Shown here piece by piece: positions 40,545-50,892 of a stretch of 64,000 nt of DNA. The notes beneath the pieces were generated by a model. It saw only the letters and a list, made by a program, of their open reading frames with translations, did not search any database and was not told the origin of the DNA. Position 1 is the stretch's first letter. Each line of letters begins with the position of its first letter. Made by a program: the position numbers and the translations under genes. Origin of the DNA: Candidatus Poribacteria bacterium (GTDB taxonomy: Bacteria > Poribacteria > WGA-4E > PCPOR2b); assembly GCA_965198175.1 (NCBI GenBank), contig OZ240245.1:3136001-3200000 (forward strand). Reading direction: 5' to 3'.

Positions 40545-41627
40545 TTAGCTTGTACTTCTTTTAACGATAGGAATAATCCGTTGATGGGCGCGAGGAAAGG
40601 GGAATTGATCTATATCGTCAACCGTTACCCAACGATGATCGACCGGACCGTTCAGGACCACTTCACCGGATTGGTAGTGGCAGCAAAAGACATCCACGAC
40701 AATTTTGAAGTGCGTGAAAGCGTGTTTGACGCGGGTGAGGTATTCGGTTACCTCAACGGAGAGATTAACATGTTCCTTAATTTGCCGGATACAAGCCTCT
40801 TCAGCGGTTTCCTCCTCTCCGATCTCATCACCCGGAAATTCCCATAAACCGCCAAGTAAGCCATCAACTTTTCGCTGGGTGATGAGAATGTGTTTCTTTC
40901 TGCGCACAACGCCTACGGCAAGGCGATTTTCTGGAAGCGGTTTGGATTTGAGGCGGATTGGAAATTCTTCCTGTCGCGCGGTCCGGAATGCGCGACAAAA
41001 GGTATTCACCGGACAGAGGACACAAAGCGGAGATCTTGGGCGACAAACCGTTGCCCCTAATTCCATCATCCCTTGATTGAACGTGCCCGGCGCATCTCGA
41101 TTTAACAACCGGTCTGCACTCTCGCGAAGGGTCTTGATAGAAGTTGATGCGTTGATAGGCGAATCAATGAGAAACAACCGCGCTAGGACTCGTTTTACGT
41201 TGCCATCTGTCACCGCGTAAGGCGCCTGAAATGCAATACTCTGCACAGCAGCGCCGGTATACTCTCCCACACCAGGCAATTTCCGGAAGATTGCGTAATC
41301 CGTCGGTATTTTTCCGCCGAAACCCGATACTATCACTTTGGCGGCTTTGTGCAGGTTTCGCGCTCTAGCGTAGTAGCCTAAGCCTTCCCAAGCCTTCAAC
41401 ACTTCTTGAAGGTCTGCCGCAGCCAGACGGTGAATATCGGGAAACGTATCCACAAAATTCTGGTAATACTCCAACACCTTTTTAACTTGCGTCTGTTGAA
41501 GCATTACCTCAGAAACCCAGATATAGTATGGATTTTGGGTGTCACGCCACGGTAATTTCCGATGATGTGTATCGAACCACTTCGTTAGCTTTTTCCGAAA
41601 CTGTACGATTTCTTTGGGGGACATCAT
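40545..41627 (-). CDS. mutY: A/G-specific adenine glycosylase
   Basis: LPWR, WVSEVMLQQT, WEGLGYYARARN, LPGVGEYT, DGNVKRV, C-x6-C-x2-C-x5-C, NUDIX-like tail. Confidence 0.96.
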   Translation of the reverse strand: MMSPKEIVQFRKKLTKWFDTHHRKLPWRDTQNPYYIWVSEVMLQQTQVKKVLEYYQNFVDTFPDIHRLAAADLQEVLKAWEGLGYYARARNLHKAAKVIVSGFGGKIPTDYAIFRKLPGVGEYTGAAVQSIAFQAPYAVTDGNVKRVLARLFLIDSPINASTSIKTLRESADRLLNRDAPGTFNQGMMELGATVCRPRSPLCVLCPVNTFCRAFRTARQEEFPIRLKSKPLPENRLAVGVVRRKKHILITQRKVDGLLGGLWEFPGDEIGEEETAEEACIRQIKEHVNLSVEVTEYLTRVKHAFTHFKIVVDVFCCHYQSGEVVLNGPVDHRWVTVDDIDQFPFPRAHQRIIPIVKRSTS

Positions 41628-41793
41628 CTACCAACAAATACTCAGTCGATGCGAAAAGACCTGTACCATAAAAACTTGAGAGTATTGTCTTATGGATAGA
41701 TATATGGTCTAATTATGCTAACAGACTCGTTTTCAAGGTTGGTAACGGTTGCGTTGGTCCGGGAGAGGATTTGTCAGTTATCAACATTCATGC

Positions 41794-43024
41794 TCACTGG
41801 GGTGTCAGCATGGCGGCGATGTCCGCCGGCAATTTTACGCCGTGTCTCTCCTCGAAGTCCGAAACGCTTGCGTAGTCGTAATGGAATTCAGCGATGATAT
41901 CCACACCCTTGTCCCTAGCAGTATTCAAATCCTATCGGGCTTTTTCCCATTCTCTCAGCCGTAACCACACCTCTCCGCGATTATAATAAACCCCGACAAA
42001 AATAGGCTTCAGGTCTATTGCTTTGTTATAATCTTCAATGGCAAGGTCAACCTCGCCTTTGCTATAGTAGGCCACTCCGCGATTGTTATAAGCAATGGAA
42101 AGCCCCGGGGTGAGTTCTATTACTTTGTTAAAATCTACAATGGCAAGGTCATACTCGCCTTTGCTGCTGTAGGCATTGCCCCGATTGTTATAGGCTTCGA
42201 CAAGATCCGGTTTGAGTTGTATAGCCTTGTCAAAGTCTACGATGGCGCGGTCATAATCACCTTTGTTACGGTAAGCGGTACCGCGATTACTATAGGGATT
42301 AGCATAATCGGGTTGGAGTTCTATCGCCCTGTTACAGTCTTCAATGGCACGGTCATATTCGCGTAGTCCGCGATAGGCAGCCCCCGCGATTGTAATAGGC
42401 ATCGGCAAAGTTTGGTTTGAGTTGTATCACCGTGTTATAGTCTTTGATTGCATGATTAATCTCGCCTCTGTTGCGGTAAGCGTTGCCGCGATTGTTATAG
42501 GCTTGAGTAAGCTCCGGATTCAGTTGTATCGCCGTGTCGTAGTCTTCAATAGCCCGGTCATAATTTCCTTTGCTCTGGTAAGCATTTCCGCGATTGCTAT
42601 AGGCATCGGCACAATCGGGTTTCAATTGAATCACTTTGGTAAAATCTTCCATGGCACGTTTAACATCACTTTGTTGACCGTAAGCTAGACCACGATTGTA
42701 ATAGGCTGCGGCATGATTGGACTCTAGGTCTATCGCTGCGCCAAAATCTTCAATTGCCTTTTTAGAATCGCCTTTTTCGCCGTACGTTATGCCGCGATTG
42801 TTATAGGCTTCGGCATCATTGGGGTTGAGTGTTATTGCTCTGTTACAGTCTTCAATTGCGCGGTCAACTCCGCCCAATCTGTCGGAACTAATATGGAACT
42901 TCTTATGGACCTCGGCGTCGTCCAATTCTGGAGCTACTGCTTTGATGTCGTCTCCAATATTCCTGTTAGGTCTACCCACGAAATTGTAGGCAATGCCAAC
43001 AAGTGCTGAGTTTAGTTCTGGCAT
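41794..43024 (-). pseudogene. TPR-repeat protein with a frameshift and an in-frame nonsense codon
   Basis: AYxNRG..Y TPR repeats in two frames. Extra G in the G5 run (C5 at 42381-42385). In-frame TAG at 41932-41934, followed by 45 more sense codons (DLNTARDKGVDII...LPADIAAMLTPQ). Confidence 0.85.
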
Positions 43025-43262
43025 GGCTTTTTCTCCTTAACAATACGACCTTCCGTTGGTTTCATGATATCCTTTTGGAAAACAGATGTCAACCGAACTT
43101 TGAAGCGCAGATGAAACGCGCAACCTGTTTGACATTGGAAACGGAATGGAATTAGAGAGATTGGATTATAGAGGGCTGTTCTGGTGGTTTGCCTGTGGGA
43201 ATCTCCACCTAATCCAGCGCTTCAGACAATAGCCCCTCCCAGAGAAGGATTTGCAATATTTG

Positions 43263-43345
43263 AACAGGCTTTTAATCTGCGTAATCCGTTAAATCCGTAA
43301 TTCAGACTGTTTTTCCCTTCCGTTCACTCAACAATCGCAATGCCT
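43263..43345 (+). repeat. direct repeat copy A (aatctgcgt/aatccgt family)
   Basis: aacaggct..taatctgcgtaatccgttaaatccgtaattcagactgttttt...acaatcgcaatg, similar to 44176-44273. Confidence 0.7.
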
Positions 43346-43420
43346 CGGACAGTTGTCTGAATCGCGTGTTTGTAAGGATTCCATGTTCGATTTGATCGTC
43401 TAAGATTTGATTGAAGGGCT

Positions 43421-44025
43421 TCACTCATTAGATTCGTCTAAGAGGGTAGCTATAAGGGCGGAATCTGTTACAACGTCGCAAGCAGCACCAGACTTGTCGA
43501 TAGAGGTCGTTTCATATACACTTGCAGCTGCAATGTAAAGACCGCTAACCCGAATGAATGGTATACTAGTAGACTCTACCGCGTAACGCCAGTCCAACAG
43601 AGCATATCGGGTTTAAATACTGATTCAGCGCTATCCCAACCACTAGGCGGTAGTTCTGACGACACCTGATTACTGTATTCCTTTTCTATTGCTGCTTTGG
43701 ATTCAACAGCCAATGTTGTGTACAAGTCGTACAGATCATGAGTCATCTTTGTGTAGATTTGCTCGCTCTGTATTTTGTATTTCAGCAACAACTCAGCGCA
43801 CTGGGCACTCATGATGCAAGTAGTGGCATAGACACCGGGATAGAATCTCGTATTCTCAGTAGTCTCAAGGAATTCGTAGAGTTTTTTGGCAGACTTCAAC
43901 ATACCAGGCAATATAACGACAGATTTTCCCTGGTGAATTATTGCTTTAGTCCGCTTCTTTCTTCTACTGATCAATCGTATTCCCTTTCCTATCCAATCTA
44001 TGGTTTTGGTCTGGAAAATCATCAA
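43421..44025 (-). pseudogene. HEPN-domain protein, frameshifted
   Basis: AQCAELLLK...THDLYDLY in the ORF. A shifted frame near 43612 continues ...LLDWRYAVE...LYIAAASVYET to TGA at 43421. Start uncertain. Confidence 0.7.
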
Positions 44026-44175
44026 TTACACAAATTGTAGCCGATTTACTCTAATCCGTCCTGATCGTGATTAAGGTGATCCGTCCGAATGGTCATTTGC
44101 AAATGGCAATTTCTTCGTTGTCTGAAACGCTATTGGCGCCGATTGACTAAGGGATTTCGCGGATTAAAGTTGTGC

Positions 44176-44273
44176 AACAGGCTGTCCGCTTCTAATCTGC
44201 GTCATCTGCGTCATCCGTTTAATCCGTGATTCAGACAGTTTTTTCCGTCGTTTTCTCCACAATAGCAATGTCT
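44176..44273 (+). repeat. direct repeat copy B
   Basis: aacaggct...taatctgcgtcatctgcgtcatccgtttaatccgtgattcagacagtttttt...acaatagcaatg. Confidence 0.7.
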
Positions 44274-44556
44274 ACAAGGGTCAAGTTTTATAATGAGTAT
44301 ATCACCCAATCTGCCTCATTTTCAAGTTCAAATAAATTCACGCCCGAAACGGTTCGTTTGGAGATTTAGTGTTAGGTCGATCTGTTGAAACCGTAATCTA
44401 GCAGCAACAATTAGCTAGATACGCCAATCCAGCAACACTGATTGAAAATCCTCCCCCGTGTCGAGGCAAAGACGGTTAACAGGTGCAGATTTATTACTTT
44501 GCACTATTTTAAGGGAGAGCTACTAACTACCTTTGCAAATCCAAAAAAGAGATTCC

Positions 44557-45372
44557 TCATGAACCGGTGCTGTGATAGTGACGCATCCCGATGCGCCACA
44601 GGGCATAGCAACAAAGCAACAACGCGATAGCCACGATAGGGGCGCCGAATTGAAAGTATTTGGGCATACCGAGAAATTGGTCTTTCTCAAGCAGATGTAG
44701 GGCAGGATAGTATGTCACAAAAGCCACGGGAAGGATGAACGTCAGAAACAGTCGCACGGCGAGCGGATAGATCGAGATGGGGAACGTGGCAGCCTCTTTG
44801 CTTGCGGTGATGAGAATATCGGTGAGTTTGCCGGATTTGGTGGTCAACAGCGCAACGGTTGCACTGAGGAGCATCAGGGCAAACATGATTAAGCTACCAC
44901 TCAGAACGGTGATGATTGTGAATACCCCACGTCCAATGGTCAAACGAAGATGCGTCATGTGGAAGGCGACGCCGAAGATTGCAATACTCGTCAACAACCG
45001 TGTGACATGGTGCATTTCCACCCGGCTGGCGAGGATGTAGAACAGCGGTGGTACGGGTTTAACCAGTACAGTGTCGAGGTCCCCGCGAACGACATATCGG
45101 TCGAAATCGTCCAACTGATTCCCCAGTAATTTCATCAAAGCGAATGCTAACGTCCCTAAGCTGTATAGAAACATGACCTCGGGCAACGTCCATCCGTTCA
45201 CCGTGCGAAACTTGGCAAATAACGCCGCTAGTAAGCCGATTAGAGACGCTTCACCGGTAACGATTGCTATGCACATGAGCCCGAAGGAGAGCCGGTATTG
45301 AAGCCGAGACCGCACATAAGCACCGGCGAGAAGCAGATAAAGTTTGCTATAACGGGCGATCAGGTTGCTCAT
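44557..45372 (-). CDS. ABC-2 family permease (DUF990-like)
   Basis: QYRLSF, GWTLPEV, GDLDTVLVKPV, FPISIYP, YHSTGS. Confidence 0.9.
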   Translation of the reverse strand: MSNLIARYSKLYLLLAGAYVRSRLQYRLSFGLMCIAIVTGEASLIGLLAALFAKFRTVNGWTLPEVMFLYSLGTLAFALMKLLGNQLDDFDRYVVRGDLDTVLVKPVPPLFYILASRVEMHHVTRLLTSIAIFGVAFHMTHLRLTIGRGVFTIITVLSGSLIMFALMLLSATVALLTTKSGKLTDILITASKEAATFPISIYPLAVRLFLTFILPVAFVTYYPALHLLEKDQFLGMPKYFQFGAPIVAIALLLCCYALWRIGMRHYHSTGS

Positions 45373-45373
45373 T

Positions 45374-46171
45374 CTATCCGCCTTGAATGACCAATTTTCG
45401 GAAGGCAGCTCGGTATCCTAATCGTCCAAGCCCGATTAACACAACTGCCCAGAACAATTGGATTAAAAGGGCACCGACCACAGCTTGTCCTGTATAGCGA
45501 CCGACATAGATTGCTGTCGGAATATAGATTATCGCTTGAAAGGGCAAAACCTCCGCGATCTTGGCTAGGAGTGTGGGATAAAGCTCCAGGGGCATAAAGT
45601 ATCCCGAAAAAAACCAGGATATCCCCCATATCACGGCGAAGTAGATGCCACGTATTTCGACGAGCCAGAAAGCGAGAATCCCGATGAGAAATTCTATTCC
45701 GAACAAGATAACGTAGCCCAGAATCACACTGACGATAAAGAATCCCACGGTCAGAATAGAGCGTGGCAGCAATAGACTCAAGCACCCATAAAACAGCAAG
45801 AATTTTGGAAGCATATTGAATAGCACCGTATGGAACGAAGTTCCTGCACCCGTGGCAAGCAGCATTAACTGAAAGTCAACCGGCTTCATCAAATCGGTTA
45901 CGACTTCGCCGGTGCGTACTTTTTCTTCAATTACATGCGCAATCCGCAATGTAAAATGAAATGTCACCAACGTTTGCGAAACAACGATGTACGTCAGAAT
46001 ACCGTTAAGGTCGTACCCTTCTACTGCGGTCTGTCCGGCGTAGAGTGCCTTCCACAGATACACATAAATCAACATGAACAGCACATTGATAAACAGCTCA
46101 ACCCATAGCTCAAATCGATAGGTCAGCGTTCTCTGAAAGGCTTTTGCAGTAAAGGCGAGATATTTGCTCAC
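45374..46171 (-). CDS. ABC-2 family permease (DUF990-like)
   Basis: TYRFE, GEVVTDLMKPV, FSG..MPL..YP, LPF, IQGG terminus. Confidence 0.9.
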   Translation of the reverse strand: MSKYLAFTAKAFQRTLTYRFELWVELFINVLFMLIYVYLWKALYAGQTAVEGYDLNGILTYIVVSQTLVTFHFTLRIAHVIEEKVRTGEVVTDLMKPVDFQLMLLATGAGTSFHTVLFNMLPKFLLFYGCLSLLLPRSILTVGFFIVSVILGYVILFGIEFLIGILAFWLVEIRGIYFAVIWGISWFFSGYFMPLELYPTLLAKIAEVLPFQAIIYIPTAIYVGRYTGQAVVGALLIQLFWAVVLIGLGRLGYRAAFRKLVIQGG

Positions 46172-46180
46172 GATGAGGCG

Positions 46181-47167
46181 TTAAGTTGCGATGCCGGACT
46201 GATAAATCTGTCTCACGATTCGTTCAATCTCCGGCTCGGAAATGGTTAAATCTTGAATTTCATACTGCGCCGTTAATCGCGTTATGACTTCGGACGCTGA
46301 AATGGTGTCTCGGTCAAACGCGAGCCAGATGCGATTTTCCTCGCGTCGAATCAGATCCACGCTCTCAATCTGAACCTCAGGATATGCCCGCGCGAGGTCC
46401 ACAATGAGCATCCGCGTTCTGCCGTGGCGTTGTTTCAATTCGTCAATACTGCCGTCATAGATGATTCGACCGGTGTCAATGATCATCAGGCGCTGACAAA
46501 TCTTCTCCACGTCATTGAGGTCATGGGTCGTCAGAATTACCGTCACTTGGCGTTCCGTGTTGACCTGCTCGAGAAACTGCCGAACCTGTTCTTTGGCGAC
46601 GACATCCAGACCGATGGTGGGCTCGTCCAAATAGAGAATTTCGGGGTTGTGAAGCAGCGCTGCGGTCAGATCGCATCGCATCCGCTCACCAAGGCTCAGC
46701 CTCCGCACCGGCACAGACAGCAGATGATGCAGTTGTAACAATTCGCTGAAGAACGCAAGATTCTGTTTGTATGTATGCGGAGGGATCTCGTAGATGTGCT
46801 TGAGCAACTCGAAGGAGTCAATTACGGGCAAATCCCACCAGAGTTGGGTACGCTGTCCAAACACCACGCCAATCCGTCGGGTGTACTCCAGTCGATGCTG
46901 ATATGGCGTCAATCCCATGACATCAATCTTGCCCGAGGTCGGTACGAGAATTCCCGTCAGCATTTTAATGGTTGTTGACTTCCCCGCACCGTTGGCACCG
47001 ATGTATCCCACCAACTCTCCGCGTTCCAAGGTGAAATTCACATGGTCCACTGCCTGAATTGTGCGGTGCGTCCGCGAAAACAGACCGCCTAGACTCCGCC
47101 AAAATCCGGTACGGCGTTCGTGGACCTTGAAATGTTTGCTGAGGTGTTCAACTGTGATGATGGGCAT
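46181..47167 (-). CDS. ABC exporter ATP-binding protein
   Basis: GANGAGKST, FGQRTQLWWDLP, LSLGERMR, LDEPTIGLD. Confidence 0.93.
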   Translation of the reverse strand: MPIITVEHLSKHFKVHERRTGFWRSLGGLFSRTHRTIQAVDHVNFTLERGELVGYIGANGAGKSTTIKMLTGILVPTSGKIDVMGLTPYQHRLEYTRRIGVVFGQRTQLWWDLPVIDSFELLKHIYEIPPHTYKQNLAFFSELLQLHHLLSVPVRRLSLGERMRCDLTAALLHNPEILYLDEPTIGLDVVAKEQVRQFLEQVNTERQVTVILTTHDLNDVEKICQRLMIIDTGRIIYDGSIDELKQRHGRTRMLIVDLARAYPEVQIESVDLIRREENRIWLAFDRDTISASEVITRLTAQYEIQDLTISEPEIERIVRQIYQSGIAT

Positions 47168-47294
47168 GTTCGCGGGTGGCAGGCAGAAACTCAATACGTA
47201 GGTTTTACTGCTAGCGGAAGGATATGAACGCTTTGCGTTACTTTAGGGCAGCACCAGACCTACCGTTACGATAGTGCGCTGAAGAAGGGGGATA

Positions 47295-48026
47295 TCAATG
47301 TCCACCTACCGTACCAATCTCGATTTCAATCTCGTCTCGATTTCGGATACGTTCAATCATGCCGTCGCGAATGTGGACAATTCGGTCAGAAACGTCGAGC
47401 ATTTTTGCGTCGTGCGTCGCCGAAATCACCGTCACCTTTTGCCGAACGTTGAGTTCTTTAATCAGATTGATAATTTCACGCCCTGTGGTCATATCGAGAT
47501 TCGCGGTAGGTTCGTCCGCCAGAATAATGGTGGGATCATTCGCCAGCGCCCTCGCGATCGCGACGCGTTGGCATTGCCCCCCCGACAACTCATCCGGTCT
47601 GTGAAGGGTCCGATCTCCCAATCCAACCATCTTGAGGAGTTCCGAACCTTTGTCATTCCGTTCGCTCACTGACAATCCCGCGAAAATCATCGGCAAGGTC
47701 ACGTTTTCAAGCGCGGTCATTACATACAGCAGGTTATAGTTTTGAAAGATGTATCCTACACGATGGCACCGGAACCAAGCAATTTGTGACATACTCAGTT
47801 GCGACATATTTTGGCGATCGATGTAGATATTGCCACCCGTCGGGTGATCCAAGGCGCCAATCATATTGAAAAGCGTGGACTTCCCCGATCCAGACGGTCC
47901 CATCAGCGAAATGTACTCACCTCGCACGATTTCGAGATTCACTCCGTTAAGCGCCTTCACCACATTACTACTACCCATGCGGTACTCCTTGACGACCTCT
48001 TCAGCTCTTACAACAATGTCTGCCAT
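47295..48026 (-). CDS. LolD/MacB-type ABC ATP-binding protein
   Basis: GPSGSGKST, LSGGQCQR, ADEPTANLD. Confidence 0.93.
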   Translation of the reverse strand: MADIVVRAEEVVKEYRMGSSNVVKALNGVNLEIVRGEYISLMGPSGSGKSTLFNMIGALDHPTGGNIYIDRQNMSQLSMSQIAWFRCHRVGYIFQNYNLLYVMTALENVTLPMIFAGLSVSERNDKGSELLKMVGLGDRTLHRPDELSGGQCQRVAIARALANDPTIILADEPTANLDMTTGREIINLIKELNVRQKVTVISATHDAKMLDVSDRIVHIRDGMIERIRNRDEIEIEIGTVGGH

Positions 48027-48041
48027 GGATACCCCCCCTTT

Positions 48042-48728
48042 TTAGACCTCAGTCCGCATCGCTTCAGCAGGAGGCAGTTTCGCTGCACGCCATGCCGGAA
48101 ATGCTGCGCCGATGACCGCCAATATCATGCCGAGCACGCAGCCACCAAGAATAATTAGTAGAACGCCGTATCTTACAGAACCATCGTCGCCAACCGCCGG
48201 AAAAAATGGAAAATAAAAGAATACATCCAACCCGAAGTCTTTGAGATTCAGTAGAATCGATCCAATGCAACCTATCAAAGCCCCGACAACTGCGCCCGCT
48301 AATCCTTGGAATCCCGATTCTAACAAAAATAACCTAACGACGAAACGATCTAATGCACCGAGACACTTCATGGTGCCAATTTCTCGGAAACGCTCTGTGA
48401 CTGCCATCAGCATTGAGTTCGCAATCCCCACCACGCAGACAATTAAGGACATCAGGATCAGCCATCTATCTTTGATGGAGATTCCGCCGGTCGACTCCTC
48501 TTCCTCAAAACTAGTAATCTGGTCGGTACGACCGCTTGCTTTCATCGCCTCGCCAATTTCGCTATTTGCCCAGACTGACACGAGAAAAGCGATGCCCAGC
48601 GTAATGCCCGCGGTCGTGATAATCGATCTCCAAAAACGGATCATCAGACTCTGAAAACTGATACGCACCGATTCTACGAATGGGAGTTCAATCTGCTGTC
48701 CAATCTGACCTTGTTCGTGTTGTGCCAA
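48042..48728 (-). CDS. short FtsX-like ABC permease
   Basis: GIANSMLMAVTERFREIGTMKCLGA; PAWRAAKLPPAEAMR. TTG start behind GGAGG. Confidence 0.88.
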   Translation of the reverse strand: MAQHEQGQIGQQIELPFVESVRISFQSLMIRFWRSIITTAGITLGIAFLVSVWANSEIGEAMKASGRTDQITSFEEEESTGGISIKDRWLILMSLIVCVVGIANSMLMAVTERFREIGTMKCLGALDRFVVRLFLLESGFQGLAGAVVGALIGCIGSILLNLKDFGLDVFFYFPFFPAVGDDGSVRYGVLLIILGGCVLGMILAVIGAAFPAWRAAKLPPAEAMRTEV

Positions 48729-48763
48729 ACTATTTCCCTCCTGATTCTTGAGTTCTCGCCGCC

Positions 48764-48792
48764 ATTTTATCACGTCAAGAAAATAAAGTCAA
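48764..48792 (-). promoter_or_regulatory. sigma70 promoter for the FtsX/ABC genes
   Basis: TTGACT-N17-TAAAAT with TG extension. Confidence 0.65.
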
Positions 48793-48911
48793 GCCTTACA
48801 TTCTATTTCCGCCAAACCCCGGTGTCGAAGTAAAGTCAATTGGGCTTGGCACTCAACGCCGGTGGGAATGTCTCTAAAATCTCTAATGGCAGTGGTGCAT
48901 TTACAATTCCG

Positions 48912-50447
48912 TCACCGTCTCCAGAAACTGCGATCCAAGCTCCGGTACTGAATTGCCTCTGAAGTGTGCTCTGCTTCGATAGTGGGGCTTTCTGCGAGAT
49001 CTGCAATCGTGCGAGCCACCTTCAGTACGCGATCGTAGGCACGAGCGCTGAGTCCAAGCTGAGTGATTGCCACGCGCAGCAGTTCTTCTGCATCGGGCTG
49101 CATTCGACAGTATTCGCGGATATGCCGCGTTTCCATATTGGCATTACAGAAAATCTTAGTGTCCGCAAATCGATCATGTTGCATACCCCGCGCAGCCTGC
49201 ACCCGTGTGCGGATGGTTGTGGAGGCTTCCCCTGTAAAGTCGCCGGAAAGATCTTTGTATTTGACCGCAGGCACCTCAACTTGCAGATCTATTCTGTCCA
49301 ACAATGGGCCAGAGATTCGGGAGACGTAGCTCTGGATCTGTGTCGGCGTACATCGGCAGTTCCGGGTAGGATCCCCGAAGAATCCGCAGGGGCACGGGTT
49401 CATCGAAGCCACGAGCATGAAATTGGCGGGATAGGTGTAGGAAGCAGCCGCCCGGGAGATTGTCACTTGTAGGTCCTCAAGCGGTTGGCGCATAGCTTCG
49501 AGTACATTTTTGCGGAATTCAGGGAGCTCGTCGAGAAAGAGTACGCCGTTATGCGAAAGGCTCACTTCCCCGGGGCGAGGATACCTGCCGCCACCGATCA
49601 GCCCTGCGTCGGAAATCGTATGATGCGGCGATCGACAAGGGCGCGTTGCGATTAACGAAACATCACCGTGGAGCATGCCCACGATACTATGAATCTTCGT
49701 CGTTTCAAGCGCCTCTTCAAGGGTCATATCCGGTAGAATCGTCGGAATCCGTCTGGCGACCATCGTTTTGCCAGAGCCAGGCGGACCAATCATAATTAGG
49801 TTGTGTCCGCCCGCTGTTGCAACCTCAATTGCCCGTTTGACATGCTCCTGACCTTTGACATCTGAAAAATCGATCGTATACTCAGCGAACTGGTCAATTG
49901 CCTCCTGAATATCGTACTGAAAAGGCTGGATGGTTTGCTCTGAATTCAGGAAATCGACCGCTTCTCGCAGAGATTCTACAGGATAAATATCCAATCCATC
50001 AACAATCGCCGCTTCCTTGGCATTGGATTTCGGCAGGATTACTCCCTTGCACTGATTCTCCTTGGCTGCAACTGCAACCGGCAGACACCCGTGTACCGAC
50101 CTGACGCTTCCATCAAGCGCTAACTCTCCCAGCATCAGTGTATGCTCAAAGCAATCTGTCCGCACCTGACCAGTCGCCGCAACGACGCCGACAGCTATCG
50201 GGAGGTCGAACGCCGACCCCTCTTTCCGCACATCAGCGGGTGCGAGATTTGCGGTTATTCGGCTGCTTGGGAAATAGAACCCCGAATTCTTAATCGCAGC
50301 GGTAACCCGTTCTCGGCTTTCCTTGACAGCGTTGTCTGGAAGCCCCACTGTGGCGAACGCGGGCAGACCGTCGGAGATGTCAATCTCCACTTTCACGATA
50401 TACGCATCAATCCCCATCAGTGCACTACTCAGAACCCTAGCAAGCAT
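48912..50447 (-). CDS. YifB/ComM Mg-chelatase-like AAA ATPase
   Basis: GLPDNAVKESRERV, NLAPAD, GPPGSGKTM, PHHTIS, LFLDELPEF, LSARAYDR. Confidence 0.95.
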   Translation of the reverse strand: MLARVLSSALMGIDAYIVKVEIDISDGLPAFATVGLPDNAVKESRERVTAAIKNSGFYFPSSRITANLAPADVRKEGSAFDLPIAVGVVAATGQVRTDCFEHTLMLGELALDGSVRSVHGCLPVAVAAKENQCKGVILPKSNAKEAAIVDGLDIYPVESLREAVDFLNSEQTIQPFQYDIQEAIDQFAEYTIDFSDVKGQEHVKRAIEVATAGGHNLIMIGPPGSGKTMVARRIPTILPDMTLEEALETTKIHSIVGMLHGDVSLIATRPCRSPHHTISDAGLIGGGRYPRPGEVSLSHNGVLFLDELPEFRKNVLEAMRQPLEDLQVTISRAAASYTYPANFMLVASMNPCPCGFFGDPTRNCRCTPTQIQSYVSRISGPLLDRIDLQVEVPAVKYKDLSGDFTGEASTTIRTRVQAARGMQHDRFADTKIFCNANMETRHIREYCRMQPDAEELLRVAITQLGLSARAYDRVLKVARTIADLAESPTIEAEHTSEAIQYRSLDRSFWRR

Positions 50448-50746
50448 ATGGCTGTCCTTAATCTATTATTCAGCGCGACTCTGAATGAGTGAAAACTTAT
50501 CAATGCTATACTATAGCACAGCTTTCCGTAGAAAGCAATCCCAATCATGTTTGAATCTCAATGTCTCATGAACTGGGTCAATCGGAACGTTGCACAGCCT
50601 AGCAGTATAATTGACAGTTTGCATGACACCCGTATAATAAATGCAGCTTCTCGTAAGGGGAGTTATGCGGGATGGGAGTCTGACGCTTTTCAATTGTGTT
50701 TTGGACGCCACGCACATTTTCTTGTCACATCCACGAGAAAATTCAG

Positions 50747-50776
50747 TTGATAAAGGATAGAGAATTATGATATAAT
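50747..50776 (+). promoter_or_regulatory. rpsF operon promoter
   Basis: TTGATA-N18-TATAAT with TG extended -10. Confidence 0.7.
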
Positions 50777-50782
50777 TCATTA

Positions 50783-50882
50783 TCTTTGCTCCATAATTTA
50801 TCTTATTCATTTCAATCAGGGTCAGCTGTGTTGTATACGAAGATACCGTGTTGATATGGAGCCATAAGTCCACAAAGGGAGG
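50783..50882 (+). promoter_or_regulatory. S6:S18-type ribosomal leader RNA
   Basis: UCUUU pairs with AAAGGGA (SD side); GCUCCAUA (50788-95) pairs with UAUGGAGC (50855-62); C-containing internal loop; directly before rpsF. Confidence 0.7.
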
Positions 50883-50892
50883 CATAAAAAGA

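Noticed and set aside
40385..40545. Possible 6S-like RNA between msrB and mutY
   Set aside because: Only short local hairpins were found; I could not build a long closing stem.
41932..41934. TAG read-through or recoding (pyrrolysine, alternative code)
   Set aside because: TAG ends intact genes here (proA, rplI, ispF), and the same gene also has a frameshift.
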